Source: Malacoraja senta
Lineage: Eukaryota
Assembly: GCA_038087875.1 (NCBI GenBank)
Contig: CM075989.1
Span: 20,896,001 to 20,960,000 of the forward strand
Direction of reading: 5' to 3'
DNA length: 64,000 nt
This document shows, piece after piece, positions 1-12,165 of this stretch; within the stretch, counting starts at the first letter, position 1; every line of letters starts with the position of its first letter. A program made the position numbers and the translations under genes. The notes beneath the pieces are model-generated. The model had not been told where the DNA came from, searched no databases, and saw nothing but the letters and a program-made list of their open reading frames with translations.

Positions 1-94
1 ACTTTTGAATTTATGAACCCTATTTTCCTGCCTTCTCCCCATAACCCTGAGACCCTTCATAATCATGAAAACAAGTAACCACAAATCTCCTGTG

Positions 95-365
95 CAGCTC
101 AGTGGCGCAGCAGTAGAGCTACTGCCTTACAGAGCCAGAGACCCAGGTTCGATCCCGACTACGGGAGCTTGTCTGTACGGAGTTTGTACGTTCTCCCCCT
201 GACTTTACTCTGAGATTTTCTGTTTTTCTCCCACACTCCAAAGACGTTCAAGTTGTCGGTTAATTGGCTTGGTATAAATGTAAATAGTCCCCAATTTGTG
301 TAGGATAGTGTTAATGTTCGGGGTGGACTCGGTGGGTGTTTCCGCGCTTTATCTCTAAACTAAAC
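95..365 (+). mobile_element. tRNA-derived SINE (HE1-like)
   Basis: A box TGGCGCAGCAGTAG, B box GGTTCGATCC, body GTTCTCCCC...CCCACACTCCAAAGACG, (CTAAA)n tail. Confidence 0.8.
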
Positions 366-939
366 CTGCTATTTAATGAAATGGGAAGCCAGACACTTGA
401 GCTATTTGTTTAGAAATGAATTTACTATTTCATATATTTAAGAAAGAACTGGAGATGCTGGAAAAATCGAAGGTTTCGACCCGAAAAGTCGCCTATTCCT
501 TCTCTCCATAGATGCTGCCTCACCCGCTGAGTTCCTCCAGCATTTTTGTCTACTTACTATTTCACCTCCTCAGTCTGTCAATGGGCTAACACTACACACC
601 ACTTATGCCTGTTAAAGATAATGGCTAGGATCTCACGTTGGGCAGGTAACACTAATGCTTTTTAAACAGGTTATGTACCTCTCGTGGGAAACTCACTCAC
701 AATGTACCTCTCGTGGGAAACTCACTCACAATGCCGAATTAGAACACAACTTACAGCTTCTGCTTCTGAAACATCACGTTGACTGTCAATCCTATTTTCT
801 TTCCCCCCTCTCAATGCATTGTCAAACTTGTTGTACACCATACCCCGTTAATAAACAAGGTGAGTGGAAGAGTGTTCGCGATTGTAATTGATGCAGATGT
901 GGCGCCCTGGTTTCTACAGCCCTGTTGTGTAGCCCGTGT

Positions 940-1137
940 AATAAGGAACTGCAGATGCTGGTTGAAACTGAAGATAGAATCAAAACGCTGGAGTAACTCA
1001 ACGGGACAGGCAGCATCTCTGGAGAGACGGAATGGGTCGAGACTCTTCTTCAGTCTTGACTTGAAACGTCACCCATTCCTTCTCTCCAGAGATGCTGCCT
1101 GTCCCACTGAGTTACTCCAGCTTTTTGTGTCTACCTT
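940..1137. mobile_element. Palindromic Penelope-derived terminal repeat
   Basis: GGAACTGCAGATGCTGG...GCTGGAGTAACTCA...CAGCATCTCTGGAG arm and its reverse complement. Confidence 0.75.
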
Positions 1138-1286
1138 CCATTGTATCGCCCTGTTCCTCAGCTCATCAATAATGCAGTCTCAATTACCAGACTCTTCTAC
1201 ACCAAGTTTTGGAAATGATAGATCTGACGACACAGAGATTTCAAAAAATAGTATTAAATCTGTGATTAGATTTTTCAGCAAAACCT

Positions 1287-1287
<1 letters not shown>

Positions 1288-1338
<51 letters not shown>
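1288..1338. repeat. (CA)n microsatellite
   Basis: Directly visible. Confidence 0.97.
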
Positions 1339-1343
<5 letters not shown>

Positions 1344-2550
1344 ATCAACAGGTTGTTCATATACTTGGAACTAGCAGCGTATGAAAATAACCCATTATTC
1401 TAAATCAGTGGTTATGTGAAATAAGACTTGCCTTATTCTTTATTACATGACTTTTGTTTTACATTGCAACGTGTGGTTTAATGGCCGCTGCCAATAATTG
1501 CGCTTCTTCCCATTGTAGCAGTATTGCCTCCTTTATCCAATAACTCTATTTGCTTTTGAAGAACACACTGCAGCAGATGGAAAGGATTTTTCTGACCTCA
1601 GGCAGCTCAGAGCACTTTAAAGTCAATGAAGTATTAAATGTATAATTAGGTCTTGCAGGCAAAGCCCTCCTGAAATACGGCCATTAGTTTGTTATGATTC
1701 CCTGAAGTAGTTATATTTGAAAACAGACCATCATTCTAAATCAATAGTTATGTAAAATAAGACTTACTTTATTCTTTATTCTCATCTCTAGTTGTAGGAC
1801 ATAATTTAATGCATGCTGACAACAGTACTGTTACTGTTCCGACAGGTAATTTTATTTCTCAAGATATTCAGGGGCGGCACGGTGGCAGACTTGCTGCCTC
1901 ACAGCGCCAGAGACCAGTGTTCGATCCTGCCCTCTGTGTGGAGTTTGCACATTCTCCCTGTGACCGTGTGGGTCTGCTGCCTCACAGCGCCAGAGACCAG
2001 TGTTCGATCCTGACCTCTGTGTGGAGTTTGCGCGTTCTCCCGGTGATCACATGATGTTCCTTCAGGTGCTCCGGTTTCCTCCCACATCCCAAGGACGCGC
2101 AGGTTTGTAGGTTAATTGGCCCTCTGTAAAATTGCCCTCCGTGTGTGGGGATTGGCCAGCAGAGTGGGTTAACAGATAACTACCGTGAACGGGTGATAGT
2201 TTAGGGATACAGCACGGAAACAGGTCCTTCGGCCCACCGAGTCCACACCAACCAGCGATCCCAGCATATGCTGCCAGACCCGTTGAGTTACTCCAGCACT
2301 TTGTGTCTATCTTTGGTGTGAACCAGCATCTGCAGTTCCTTTCCTCAACTTACCTATCTACTATCCCATGCTGCCACCTTTAGTGAGCTATGAACTTGGA
2401 CTCCACGATCTCATCTGAACATTGGTGCCTTTAACAGTATCATTTTTTGTTTTTAACTCATCTCTGGAACAAGATGTGAACCCTGGCCTCTGACAAGGAG
2501 ACACAAGTGCTACACTTCAGCCCAGCGTAACTACAAAAATGCCTTCGACA

Positions 2551-2828
2551 ACACGGTGGTGCAGCGTTAGAGTTGCTGCCTTACAGTGCCAGAGTCCCGG
2601 GTTTGATCCCGACCACGGGTGATGTCTGTACGTTCTCCCCGTGACCTGCGTGGGTTTTCTCCGGGCGCTCCGGTTTCCTCCCACACTCCAAAGACGTACA
2701 GGTTTGTAGGTTAATTAGCTTCGGTTAAACAAAAAAAGATTGCAAATTGTCCCTAGTGTGTAGGACAGTGCTGGTATACGGGGTGATCGCTGGTCAGTGC
2801 AGACTCGGTGGGCTGAAGGGCCTGTTTC
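2551..2828 (+). mobile_element. tRNA-derived SINE (HE1-like)
   Basis: Same A/B boxes and body; other plus-strand copies near 1871-2195, 5231-5440 and 24401-24705. Confidence 0.8.
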
Positions 2829-3040
2829 TCAAAAAAGTTCTGCTTACAGTAATCACCTTATAATAATATAAATATCAGTAAACATCTTAAAATAAATGCA
2901 TCCAAATTGGAGTCTTGTGAATTGTGATTATCGGTTAATGCAGCATATGATTGTGCACAGAGAGGAGGATGCTGTTTCCTCATTTTGGAATTAGAATCAC
3001 ACCAAGGCAGGAATTGCTGTACAGTTTACATTATCATCTC

Positions 3041-3056
3041 ACACTAGGTGGCGCTG
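3041..3056 (+). promoter_or_regulatory. Candidate CTCF site
   Basis: ACACTAGGTGGCGCTG fits the core CCASYAGRKGGCRS with one mismatch, in unique sequence. Confidence 0.5.
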
Positions 3057-3104
3057 TACTACAGATAGTAACCAGTGGTCCTGTTATTCCACGATGATCA
3101 TTCT

Positions 3105-3410
3105 TTAGTTTAGTTCAGAGATACAGCGCAGAAACAGGCCCTTCGGCCCACCGAGTCCACGCCGGACAACTATCCCCGCACATTAACACTATCCTGCGCA
3201 CACTGGGGGCAATTTACTTTTGCACCAAGCCAATTAAGCTACAAACCAGCATGTCTTTGGAGTGCGGGAGGAAACTGAGGATCTCGGAGAAATCCCACGC
3301 GGTCACGGGAAAACGTACAAACTCCGTTCAGACAGCACCCGTAGTCAGGATCGAACCTGGGTCCCTGGTGTTGTGAAGCAGCAGCTATACTGTTACGCCA
3401 CCATGCCACA
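3105..3410 (-). mobile_element. tRNA-derived SINE (HE1-like)
   Basis: Reverse complement of the same family with (TTTAG)n tail. Confidence 0.8.
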
Positions 3411-3550
3411 GGGAAGTCTGTTGAATTCACAATCCCCATGAAATAGCTGTAACATACAGTATATTCATTTTAATTTGGCCACTCCAGACATATAATATGA
3501 TATTAACTCGAGCTTTGTTTTTGTTGTTGATAAAAGGGTGCTGATATGTA

Positions 3551-4686
3551 TCTATATAACCAAAAGTCTCATCTTGACCACTTCCTGTCTGCGCTGTATA
3601 TTGATTTTAGAAATAACGCTACCCTATATCGCTATGATTTTCGGCCATCTTACTCATAGTCCCCCTCCGCTGAGGCAGCCCCGAGGATTTTTCCGATCGA
3701 TGAAAAATAAAAAAGTTATGAGTGTTTAAAAAATCTTGAGATCAGCTGATTGGTCATCTCGCCTGTCAATCACCATGATGAAGGTAACGCCCCTTCCGGG
3801 GGGCAGGACTATAAACCCCGGATGCCTGGACGTGAGTCAGTCACTCTGGAAGATCGCGAGGGAGAGGCTACAACTGTGATTCTAAGCTATGAATCAACGG
3901 AACCGTGAGTCTGCAATGTACTTGCAATAAATGATTTGTTAGCCCTTAATGACAATGCAATGACTTGTTTGGCCTGCCCTGCCTGTGCTTGAAACTGCAA
4001 TGCAAAATTGAAAATGAAATGACGATGCCATGAGTTGTTTGGCCTGTCCTGCCTGTGCTTGAAACTGCAATGCAAAATTGGAAATGAAATGACAATGCCA
4101 TGAGTTGTTTGGCCTGCCCTTGAAATGGATTGACTTGACTTGACATGAAATGGATTGACTTGACTTGACATGAAATGGATTGACTTGACTTGATTTGACT
4201 TAAGCCATTTAGAACGGACACGAGGAAACACTTTTTCTCACAGAGAGTTGTGAGTCTGTGGAATTCTCTGCTCAGAAGGCGGTGGAGGCCGGTTCTCTGG
4301 ATATTTCAAGAGAGAGCTAGATAGGGCTCTTAAAGATAGCAGAGTCAGGGGATATGGGGAGAATGCAGGAACGGGGTACTAATTGGGGATGATCAGCCAT
4401 GATCACATTGAATCTCCTGCATCTATAGTCTATTGTCTATTGACTTGAAATGGATTGACTTGATTTGACTTGAAATTGATTGACTTGACTTGAAATGGAT
4501 TGAAATTGATTGTTGGCCCTGCACTCACTGTGCTTGACTTGACTTGACCCACAACACCCATGCTAGCGCTCCAGAAAGCCCCCCCCACTGGCCACCAATA
4601 TTGGAATTGGTGGAGAGGTGGAATATTGCATTGGGGACCAGCCTTCCCATGTGAACCTGGGTCCCAACGGGTCCCACTTAGTCTAG
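3551..4686 (+). mobile_element. Non-autonomous Helitron (copy A), containing a CR1 fragment and (TGACT)n arrays
   Basis: A|TCTATATAACC 5' end; imperfect subterminal hairpin TGGGTCCCAACGGGTCCCA; CTAG|T 3' end; no TSD. Confidence 0.8.
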
Positions 4687-6454
4687 TATCAATTAAAGGT
4701 TAAGAGTAGAACGCTGCAGATGCTGAATTACAAAATGGGACACCAACTGCAGGAGTAACTCAGCGGGTCAAGCAGCATCTCTGGAGAACATGGATAGGTG
4801 AGGTTTAGAGTCAGGACCCTTATTCAGAATTATTTTGGTGGAAAGGTCCAGACACAAAACATCATCTATCCCTGTTCCCCAGAGATGCTGCCTGCCCTAA
4901 AATGCTGGAGTAACTCAGCAGGACAGGCAGCATCTCTGGAGAGAAGGAATGGGTGACATTTCAGGTCAAGACCATCTCAGTCCAGCATTTTGTGTCTATC
5001 TTAGGTTTAAACCCGCATCTGCAATTTCTTCCTTCACATGCTGCTTGATCTTGTGAGTCACTCCAGCACTCTGTGTCCTTTTTTTTTCAATTAATAATTA
5101 AGCTACATTTATCAACAAATTTTTTATCCATCAATATGCCCCAGTTTTGATATCACCAATCAACTGCTAATTTAATAAATAATTCAAAAAAAAATTCAAA
5201 TTTTTGAGTTAGTGAGGCAGTTAGCGTTAAGGGGCAGCACGGTGACGCAGCAGTAGAGTTGCGGCCTTGCAGCGCCAGAGACCAGAGTTCGATCCTGACT
5301 ACAGGCGCTACTTGCAGGTTCTCCCCGTGACCTGCGTGGGTTTTCTCCGGTTGCTCTGGTTTCCTCCCACACTCCAAAGACGTACGGGTTTGTAGTTTAA
5401 TTGGCTTTAATTGTAAAATTGTATCTAGTGTGTAGGATAATCAACTGATTAAGTTAATCTCTTCCCCTGATAATCAAGATATTACAAACTTATCTCTGGA
5501 CGGAATCTCCACAGACTCAGCACCCTGAGAATAATTAACAGTGAACCGTCAATATAACACACCAAAGGGAAGCAAACTGCCAGACTAATTGCCACAGGGA
5601 ATCCAGAACACACTGCGCATGATACGCCCAATATCTTGTCAGAACTGTACGGCTGAGAGAGTTTTCAATGCATGGAGCTGTATTAGTGTGATGCTACCCT
5701 CTCATTCCTCCCAAACCACAGCCCATAGTGTCAGGCAATGTGTGTGGGAAGGAACTGCAGATGCTGGTTTACACCAAAGATGGACACAGATCAGTCTGAA
5801 GAAGGGTCGCGATTCAACGCTGGCGGCCCTCGCCAAAGGGCCCCAGGGACTCCGCGATGTCGGTCAGCGCCGCCCGCGCTGGGAGCTCCTACGACAACCT
5901 ACGTCAGCAAAAATTGTCGGCAACAAATTTTCAACATGTTGAAAATTTTGTGGCAGTCGCCTGTAGTCACCCAAAAAATCACCTAAGTAGGACAGGCCCA
6001 TAAGTGTTAACAATGATTGAGCCTCTGGGATGGAGACTGGTTGAAGCTGTAGGAGATGAGGGGTGATGATCATATTGAGGCATCACCTCCAGGCACTGTT
6101 AGATGTGTGGCAAAGATTAGTGCACTTTTCATGTTCATGTTCATTGTCATAAGTTTGTTCGTTCGTTCGTTCGTTGGTTCCGATTAAGGCGCTGTGTACA
6201 CGGCAGCCAGCTAACAGTCGCTTGTCTTTTTTCCTTTTCTCACTTTGAATTTAATTTTAATTTCAAGTTGTCATCTACCTTGTTGTGTGCTGTGACTGTT
6301 AGCAGAACAATTTCCCTCCAGGGGATGAGTAAAGTTCTATCGTATCGTACATGCATGATTACGGTGAGACAGGTGCAGTAAAAAATCGTCCTCGCGGCAG
6401 CTCCTCAGGCAGATAGACTCAGACAAACGACAAAACACAAATTATTGCGTATAT

Positions 6455-6880
6455 GTGTCGGAAGGAACTGCAGATGCTGGTTTAAACCGAAGAGAGGCAC
6501 AAAAAGCTGGAGTAACTCAGCGGGTCAAGAAACTCAGCATCTCCGGAAAAAAGGAATAGGTGATGTTTTGGGTCGAGACCCTTCTTCAGACTGAAAGTCA
6601 GCAGAAAGGGGAATGAGAGATATAGACGGTGATATAGAGAAATATAGAACAAATTAATGAAAGATAGGCAAAAAAGTGACAATGATAAAGGAGACAGACC
6701 ATTGTTAGCTGGGGTCTAGGTGAAAACAAGTTACTGACAATGAGATTCAACAAGACGACTTTAAACTAGTACAACAACGGGTGGGGGAGGGACAGAGAGA
6801 GAGGATGCGGGTTACTTGAAGTTGGAGAAATCAATATTCATACTGCTGGGTTATAAGCTGCCAAGCAAAATATGAGGTGC
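6455..6880 (-). mobile_element. Penelope-like element 3' end (degenerate ORF C-terminus, UTR, terminal repeat)
   Basis: Minus strand HLIFxLGSLxPSSMNIDFSNFK* (6880-6812), then a pyrimidine-rich UTR and the CTGAAGAAGGGTCTCGACCC terminal module. Confidence 0.75.
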
Positions 6881-7444
6881 TGGGTTGAGTTTTCTTGAGT
6901 TTAGCTTTTGTTGCTTTTCACTGTACCTTGTAAACGTGACAATCAACTAAACTCGACTAAACTCAATAACTTGATAATAACATTCAAAACATTCAATTAA
7001 ACCCCATGTATAAATGTATTGCTGGCTGGGAAGGTGATTTCTTACCTGCTGCAGCTTTACATGCCAGATAATGGCAATAACACTGCAAATAAATATACAA
7101 TAATCAAGAACACAACAGATTACCAACAGTATTGGGTAACCCGACCATTATACTCTAAACTATAGCATGTAATGCAAGCAATACAAAGTTCACAGTGGGA
7201 TTCATTCCCAGAGATGTGCTGCATCAGCTGTCACAGTCATCTGGAGACTGACTCCTCCTCGCTCACACAGTTCAAGGGGACAGAGTCCACGGTGCAAGGA
7301 GATGAACGACAGCTTGAGATAATATTTACCAGTACTCTTTACATCCACTTTTTCATTTGTCTCCTTATTAGGCCATTCAGCCCATCAAATCCATGCTGGC
7401 TCCTGTCAGGGGAATCCCATCAGTCACCCTGTATACTGTAACTT

Positions 7445-7757
7445 CTTTAGTTTAGTTTACATTTAGAGATACAGAGTGGAAACGGGCCTTCAGCCCACCG
7501 AGTCTGCACTGACCAGCGATCCCCGCACACTAACACTACCCTACACACACTAGGGACAATTTACATTTATACCAAGCCAATTAACCCACAAACCTGTACG
7601 TCTTTGGAGTGTGGGAGGAAACCGGAGATCTTGGAGGAAACCCACGTGGTCACGGGGAGAACGTACAAACTCCGTACAGACAGCACCTGTAGTCGGGATC
7701 GAACCTGGGACTCTGGTGCTGTGAGGCAGCAACTCTACCGCTGCTCCACCGTGACGC
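7445..7757 (-). mobile_element. tRNA-derived SINE (HE1-like), full length
   Basis: Reverse-complement copy; others near 8050-8365, 23265-23577, 27165-27465, 56180-56463, 57100-57400, 60100-60403 and 62740-63045. Confidence 0.82.
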
Positions 7758-10355
7758 CTCCTCTCCCTCTCTCACCTGCCCATTAACTTCTCTTTGATAC
7801 TTTTGTCACTTATCTGCATCATCAGGTAATTTACTGTGAGCAACTAACACAGCAGCACATCGGTGGGATGTGGGAGGGAACTGGAGCTCCCAGGGTAAAT
7901 CCATGAGGAATGAGAGAGAGAGTTTACAGTCCACATGGAAAACATCCATGAGAAGGATCAAATCAGGTCCTGATGCACATAACGGAACATCTGGGTATAC
8001 CCATTTTATCTGGATTTTGCTGAGCATCATCTTTTATTTTAGTGTTTTTAGCTTTAGAGTTATAGTACAGGAACAGGCCCTTCAGCCCAGAGAATACAAA
8101 CTGACCACTGATTACCCATTCACACCAGTTCGATGTTGTTCCACTTTCTCATTTACTGACTACGCACGAGGGGCAATTTACCAGTTAAGGTACAAACCCG
8201 CACGTCTTTGAGATGTCGATGGGAAACCCGAGCACCCGGAGGAAACCCACCTGGTCGCAGGAAGAACGTGCAAACATCACACAGACAGCAACCTGAAGTC
8301 AGGATCGAACCCTGGTCTCTGGTGCTGTGAGGCAGTAACTCTACCAGCTGTGCCACTCTGCCTCCCTTATGTTCTTTTTCTTTTTTGAAAGCTTTTCTGT
8401 TTTGGGCTTTTTTGAAAGCTAATCCTCCATCCTCATGAACTGCATCCGGTGTTCCCGGAAGGGCCTCCTGTTCATCGGCGAGACTAAAATGTTGCATCCA
8501 GCGCTTCCTACCCAAGGCCAAACTTAGGAGCTTCTCTGAACAGAGAATATCAGGCCCATGACCAGAGAGCGTCAATCATCACATCCCAGCTAATAGGGAA
8601 GTAGGGGTGTTGGGAATGAAGAAGTCCAGCAGACTGAGGGGTGTGGTGGAGTAGAGAGGACAGGGGGGAACTCAGTGAAGATAGACACAAAATGCTGGAG
8701 TAACTCAGCGGAATTCTGTGGAATTCTCTGCCTCAGAGGGCGGTGGAGGCCGGTTCTCAGGATGCTTTCAAGAGAGAGCTAGATAGGGCTCTTAAAAATA
8801 GCGGAGTCAGGGGATATGGGGAGAAGGCAGGAACGGGGTACTGATTGGGGATGATCAGCCATGATCACATTGAATGGCGGTGCTGGCTTGAAGGGCCAAA
8901 TGGCCTACTCCTGCACCTATTGTCTATTGTCTATTGTCTAACAGGCAGCATCTCTGGACTGAGTTGAATTTAGTTTAATGTCACGTGTACCGAGGTACAG
9001 TGAATGGCTTTTGTTACGTGCTAACCAGTCAGTGGAAATACTATACATGATTACAATCGAGCCATCCCCAGTGTACAGATACGTGATAAAGGGAATAACG
9101 TTTAGTGCAAGATATGTTGCCCCGGGCATTCTCAATTAGATCAGCTCTTTAACAATATTTCACGAGCATCATAAAAGAAAAATAGGCACTGGAAACAACA
9201 TAATTTCAATTGCATAATACTAACAGCATTGTGCAATTGAATCTACAGGAAGTAATATCCTAACAATGGAAACATTCAGCGTAAAGCAGGGGTTATCTCT
9301 GCACGGTTGGCATTGCGTGCTGGTAAACCATAGTTGTTGCCATGCCACGCTCAACGAGTTTTTCTTTGTCTCCAAAATACATGAATTTCTTGCATTGAAT
9401 AATCAAATGCTTCAATGCCAACAGATGTCAGCATCTATTTAGTGAGATCAAATATACTTGAATTTGCAGAGAGGGGAAAATCAAAGCTCATGTACTGGGT
9501 CACTTATTAAGCTGCAATCCATGTGCATGTATGTCTGGATTTTCTCTCTTCGCAAAGCACATCAGCTCAGTATTTCTATGGCCAAATGTGAGAAACCTGA
9601 TCTAACCAATGCCCACAAGGACATGAGTAAGAAGGAACTGCAGAAGCCGGTTTAAACCGAAGATAGACACAAAAAGCTGGAGTAACTCAGCATTTCTGGA
9701 GAGAAGGAATGGTTGACGTTTCAGACTTGAAGAAGGGTCTCGACCCGAAACATCACCCATTCCTTCTCTCCAGAGATGCTGCCTGTCCCGCTGAGTTACT
9801 CCAGCATTTTTGTGTCTATCCTCGTGTTTTGATTACCACTTGGTGGTTTTGATTAAACATTCTCGGAAACCAATTGCACTGTACATACTGTACCTGGCTG
9901 TGATCTTAACTGCTGCACAAAGAGCAGCTGACATTAAACAACCATGGCATTGAGAAATAAAAATGGAAACTGCTGGGAATGTTCCTTTCTCACCTTACTC
10001 CAGCTTTGTGTCAGGGCCGTTTGTTGTTGGAGCCACGTGTAGTCAAGATATCTGTGGCAGCCTGTGGGCTTAGAGTTGATACTGGTCACTAACTTAAACC
10101 ATCACCTGGAGGTAGAGAAAAAGTACAGAAGGGTGAAAACACACAGCACCAGATTCAGGGACAGGTTCTTCCCAGCTGTTATCAGGCAAATGAATCACCC
10201 CACCACAACTAGAGACCAGTCCTGAACTAATATCTACCTTTTTGAAGTCCCTCCGACTAGCCTTGATCAGACTTTGCTGTCTTTATCTTGCACTAAACTT
10301 GATTCCCGTATCTTGCGTCTATACACTGTAAATGGATCGATTGAAATCATGTGTT

Positions 10356-10423
10356 GGCCCTATAGCAGAAGCGTTCACTTCGCGGGGGCTGGAAACTGGA
10401 AGTATCCCGAGCTAATTCTGCTA
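10356..10423 (+). ncRNA. HDV-like (CPEB3-like) self-cleaving ribozyme motif
   Basis: P1 GGCCCU/GGGGCU with G1-U wobble; P2 UAGCAGAA/UUCUGCUA; P3 GCG/CGC; L3 UUCACUU; imperfect P4; J4/2 CUAA. Confidence 0.8.
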
Positions 10424-10557
10424 CCTCCATCATCTATTGCAACAAGTGCATCAATTGATGGCTCCCGCTGATTGTCGCCGGAAGCTTGCGTCCTTTTCAG
10501 GACGGACGATGACCGCAAGGTCAACATTTGAAACAAGACGGACACGAAAAGAAGAAG
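10356..10557 (+). mobile_element. Short non-autonomous retroposon with 5' HDV-like ribozyme and (GAA)n tail
   Basis: 11-bp TSD AATCATGTRTT (10345-55 and 10558-68); GAA tail; interrupts an older LINE 3' tail fragment. Confidence 0.75.
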
Positions 10558-11737
10558 AATCATGTATTATCTTTCTGCTGACTGGTCAGCATGAAACAAA
10601 AGCTTTTCACTGTACCTCGGTACACGTGACAATAAACTAGACTGAATTGAGAAGTCATCATGTAGATCTTGTGAAAACAAAGTCTAAATTAGGATCAAAA
10701 AGATCATCAAATTATATTTCCCTGTCAGGCATTTGTCTGTCTGACGGAGGACAAGTCGCCAATTTCACAATCAAAAAGTCTCACTGAATTTTCCTGGAAA
10801 AACAGCCCTTCTTTGATCGAGAGATGTTGCTGTGGTTTCTATTTCAATTCCTGTTTGAACGGACTTAGATTGTTTACTGTGATTCATTTGGCATTCCCTC
10901 CCTTATTGACTGACTCAGAGTTTTCAATAAATACGCTGCTCATTCAAATCTATCAAAATAGTCCGGGAGGGAGAGAGAAAATGCCCAGTTAAAACAGGCA
11001 CTGAATTTGGACTTTAGAGATACAGTGCAGAAATGGTCTCTTTGGTCCACCGAGTCCGTGCTGACCAGCGATCCCCATACTCTAACACTATCCCACACAC
11101 TGGGGACAATTTTATAATTTTTACCATAACCAAGTAACCTACAAACCTGTTTAAGAAAGAACTGCAGATGCTGGAGAAATCAAAATTAGACAAAAATGCT
11201 GGAGAAACTCAGTGGATGAGGCAGCATCTATGGAGCGAAGGAATAGGTGATGTTTCGGGTCAAGACCGTTCTTCAGACTGAACCTATAAACCTGTGTGTC
11301 TTTGGATCCCGAGCTGAAATGTCACCTAACCGTGGCTCTCCATAGATGCTGCCTGACTTGTTGTGTTCCTCCAGCACTTTGTGTCTTTTTGTACATGAAC
11401 CAGCATCTGCAGTTCCTTGCTTAAACCATCTGTTGACACAACTCTACCACTGCACAAAAAGCTGGAGTAGCTCAGTGGGTCAGGCAGCATCTCTGGAGAA
11501 AAGGAATTGGTGACGTTTCGGGTCGAGATCCCTTTTCAGATTATGTACTGACAATAAAACGCCATTTTGACTTGCCACAACATAACAGCGTTGTAAACAC
11601 AATACATGGAGATAATATATAATTTTAAAAAATCAATAATTTAATAACCCCAAAACGCCCAAAGTCTTTAGTGCAACCAAAGACGTTAATGTTCTGCAGT
11701 GTTCAAGAGCCTGATGGTTGTAGGGAAGAAGTTGGCA

Positions 11738-12165
11738 AAGACTGGATAGACTCAGCTTGTACTCGCTAGAATTTAGAAGATTGAGGGGGGATCTTATAGA
11801 AACTTACAAAATTCTTAAGGGGTTGGATAGGCTAGATGCAGGAAGATTGTTCCCGGTGTTGGGGAAGTCCAGGATAAGGGGTCACAGTTTAAGGATTAAG
11901 TGGGAAATCCTTTAGGACCGAGATGAGAAAAACATTTTTCACACAGAGAGTGGTGAATCTCTGGAACTCTCTGCCACAGAAGGTAGTTGAGGCCAGTTCA
12001 TTGGCTATATTTAAGAGGGAGTTAAATGTGGCCCTTGTGGCTAAAGGGATCAGGGGGTATGGAGAGAAGGCAGGTACAGGATACTGAGTTGGATGATCAG
12101 CCATGATCATATTGAATGGCCGAATGGCCTACTCCTGCACCTATTTTCTATGTTTCTATGTTTCT
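11738..12165 (+). mobile_element. CR1 LINE 3' fragment
   Basis: Matches the 3' end of the 52935-55995 element, including the TTTCTATG tail; similar fragments near 4205-4440, 8712-8940, 13604-13985(-), 25670-26230, 28128-28425(-), 33045-33520, 50575-51060(-) and 60555-60845. Confidence 0.82.

Noticed and set aside
95..165. tRNA-like A/B boxes
   Set aside because: SINE heads continuing into the SINE body; no complete cloverleaf.
779..1384. 201-aa ORF and the many other 60-180 aa ORFs
   Set aside because: They span SINE, Penelope or CR1 fragments; the same pseudo-peptides recur at each repeat copy.
9110..9360. X-box-like GTTGCC motifs in a unique stretch, possible conserved enhancer
   Set aside because: Imperfect matches, and conservation cannot be judged from one sequence.
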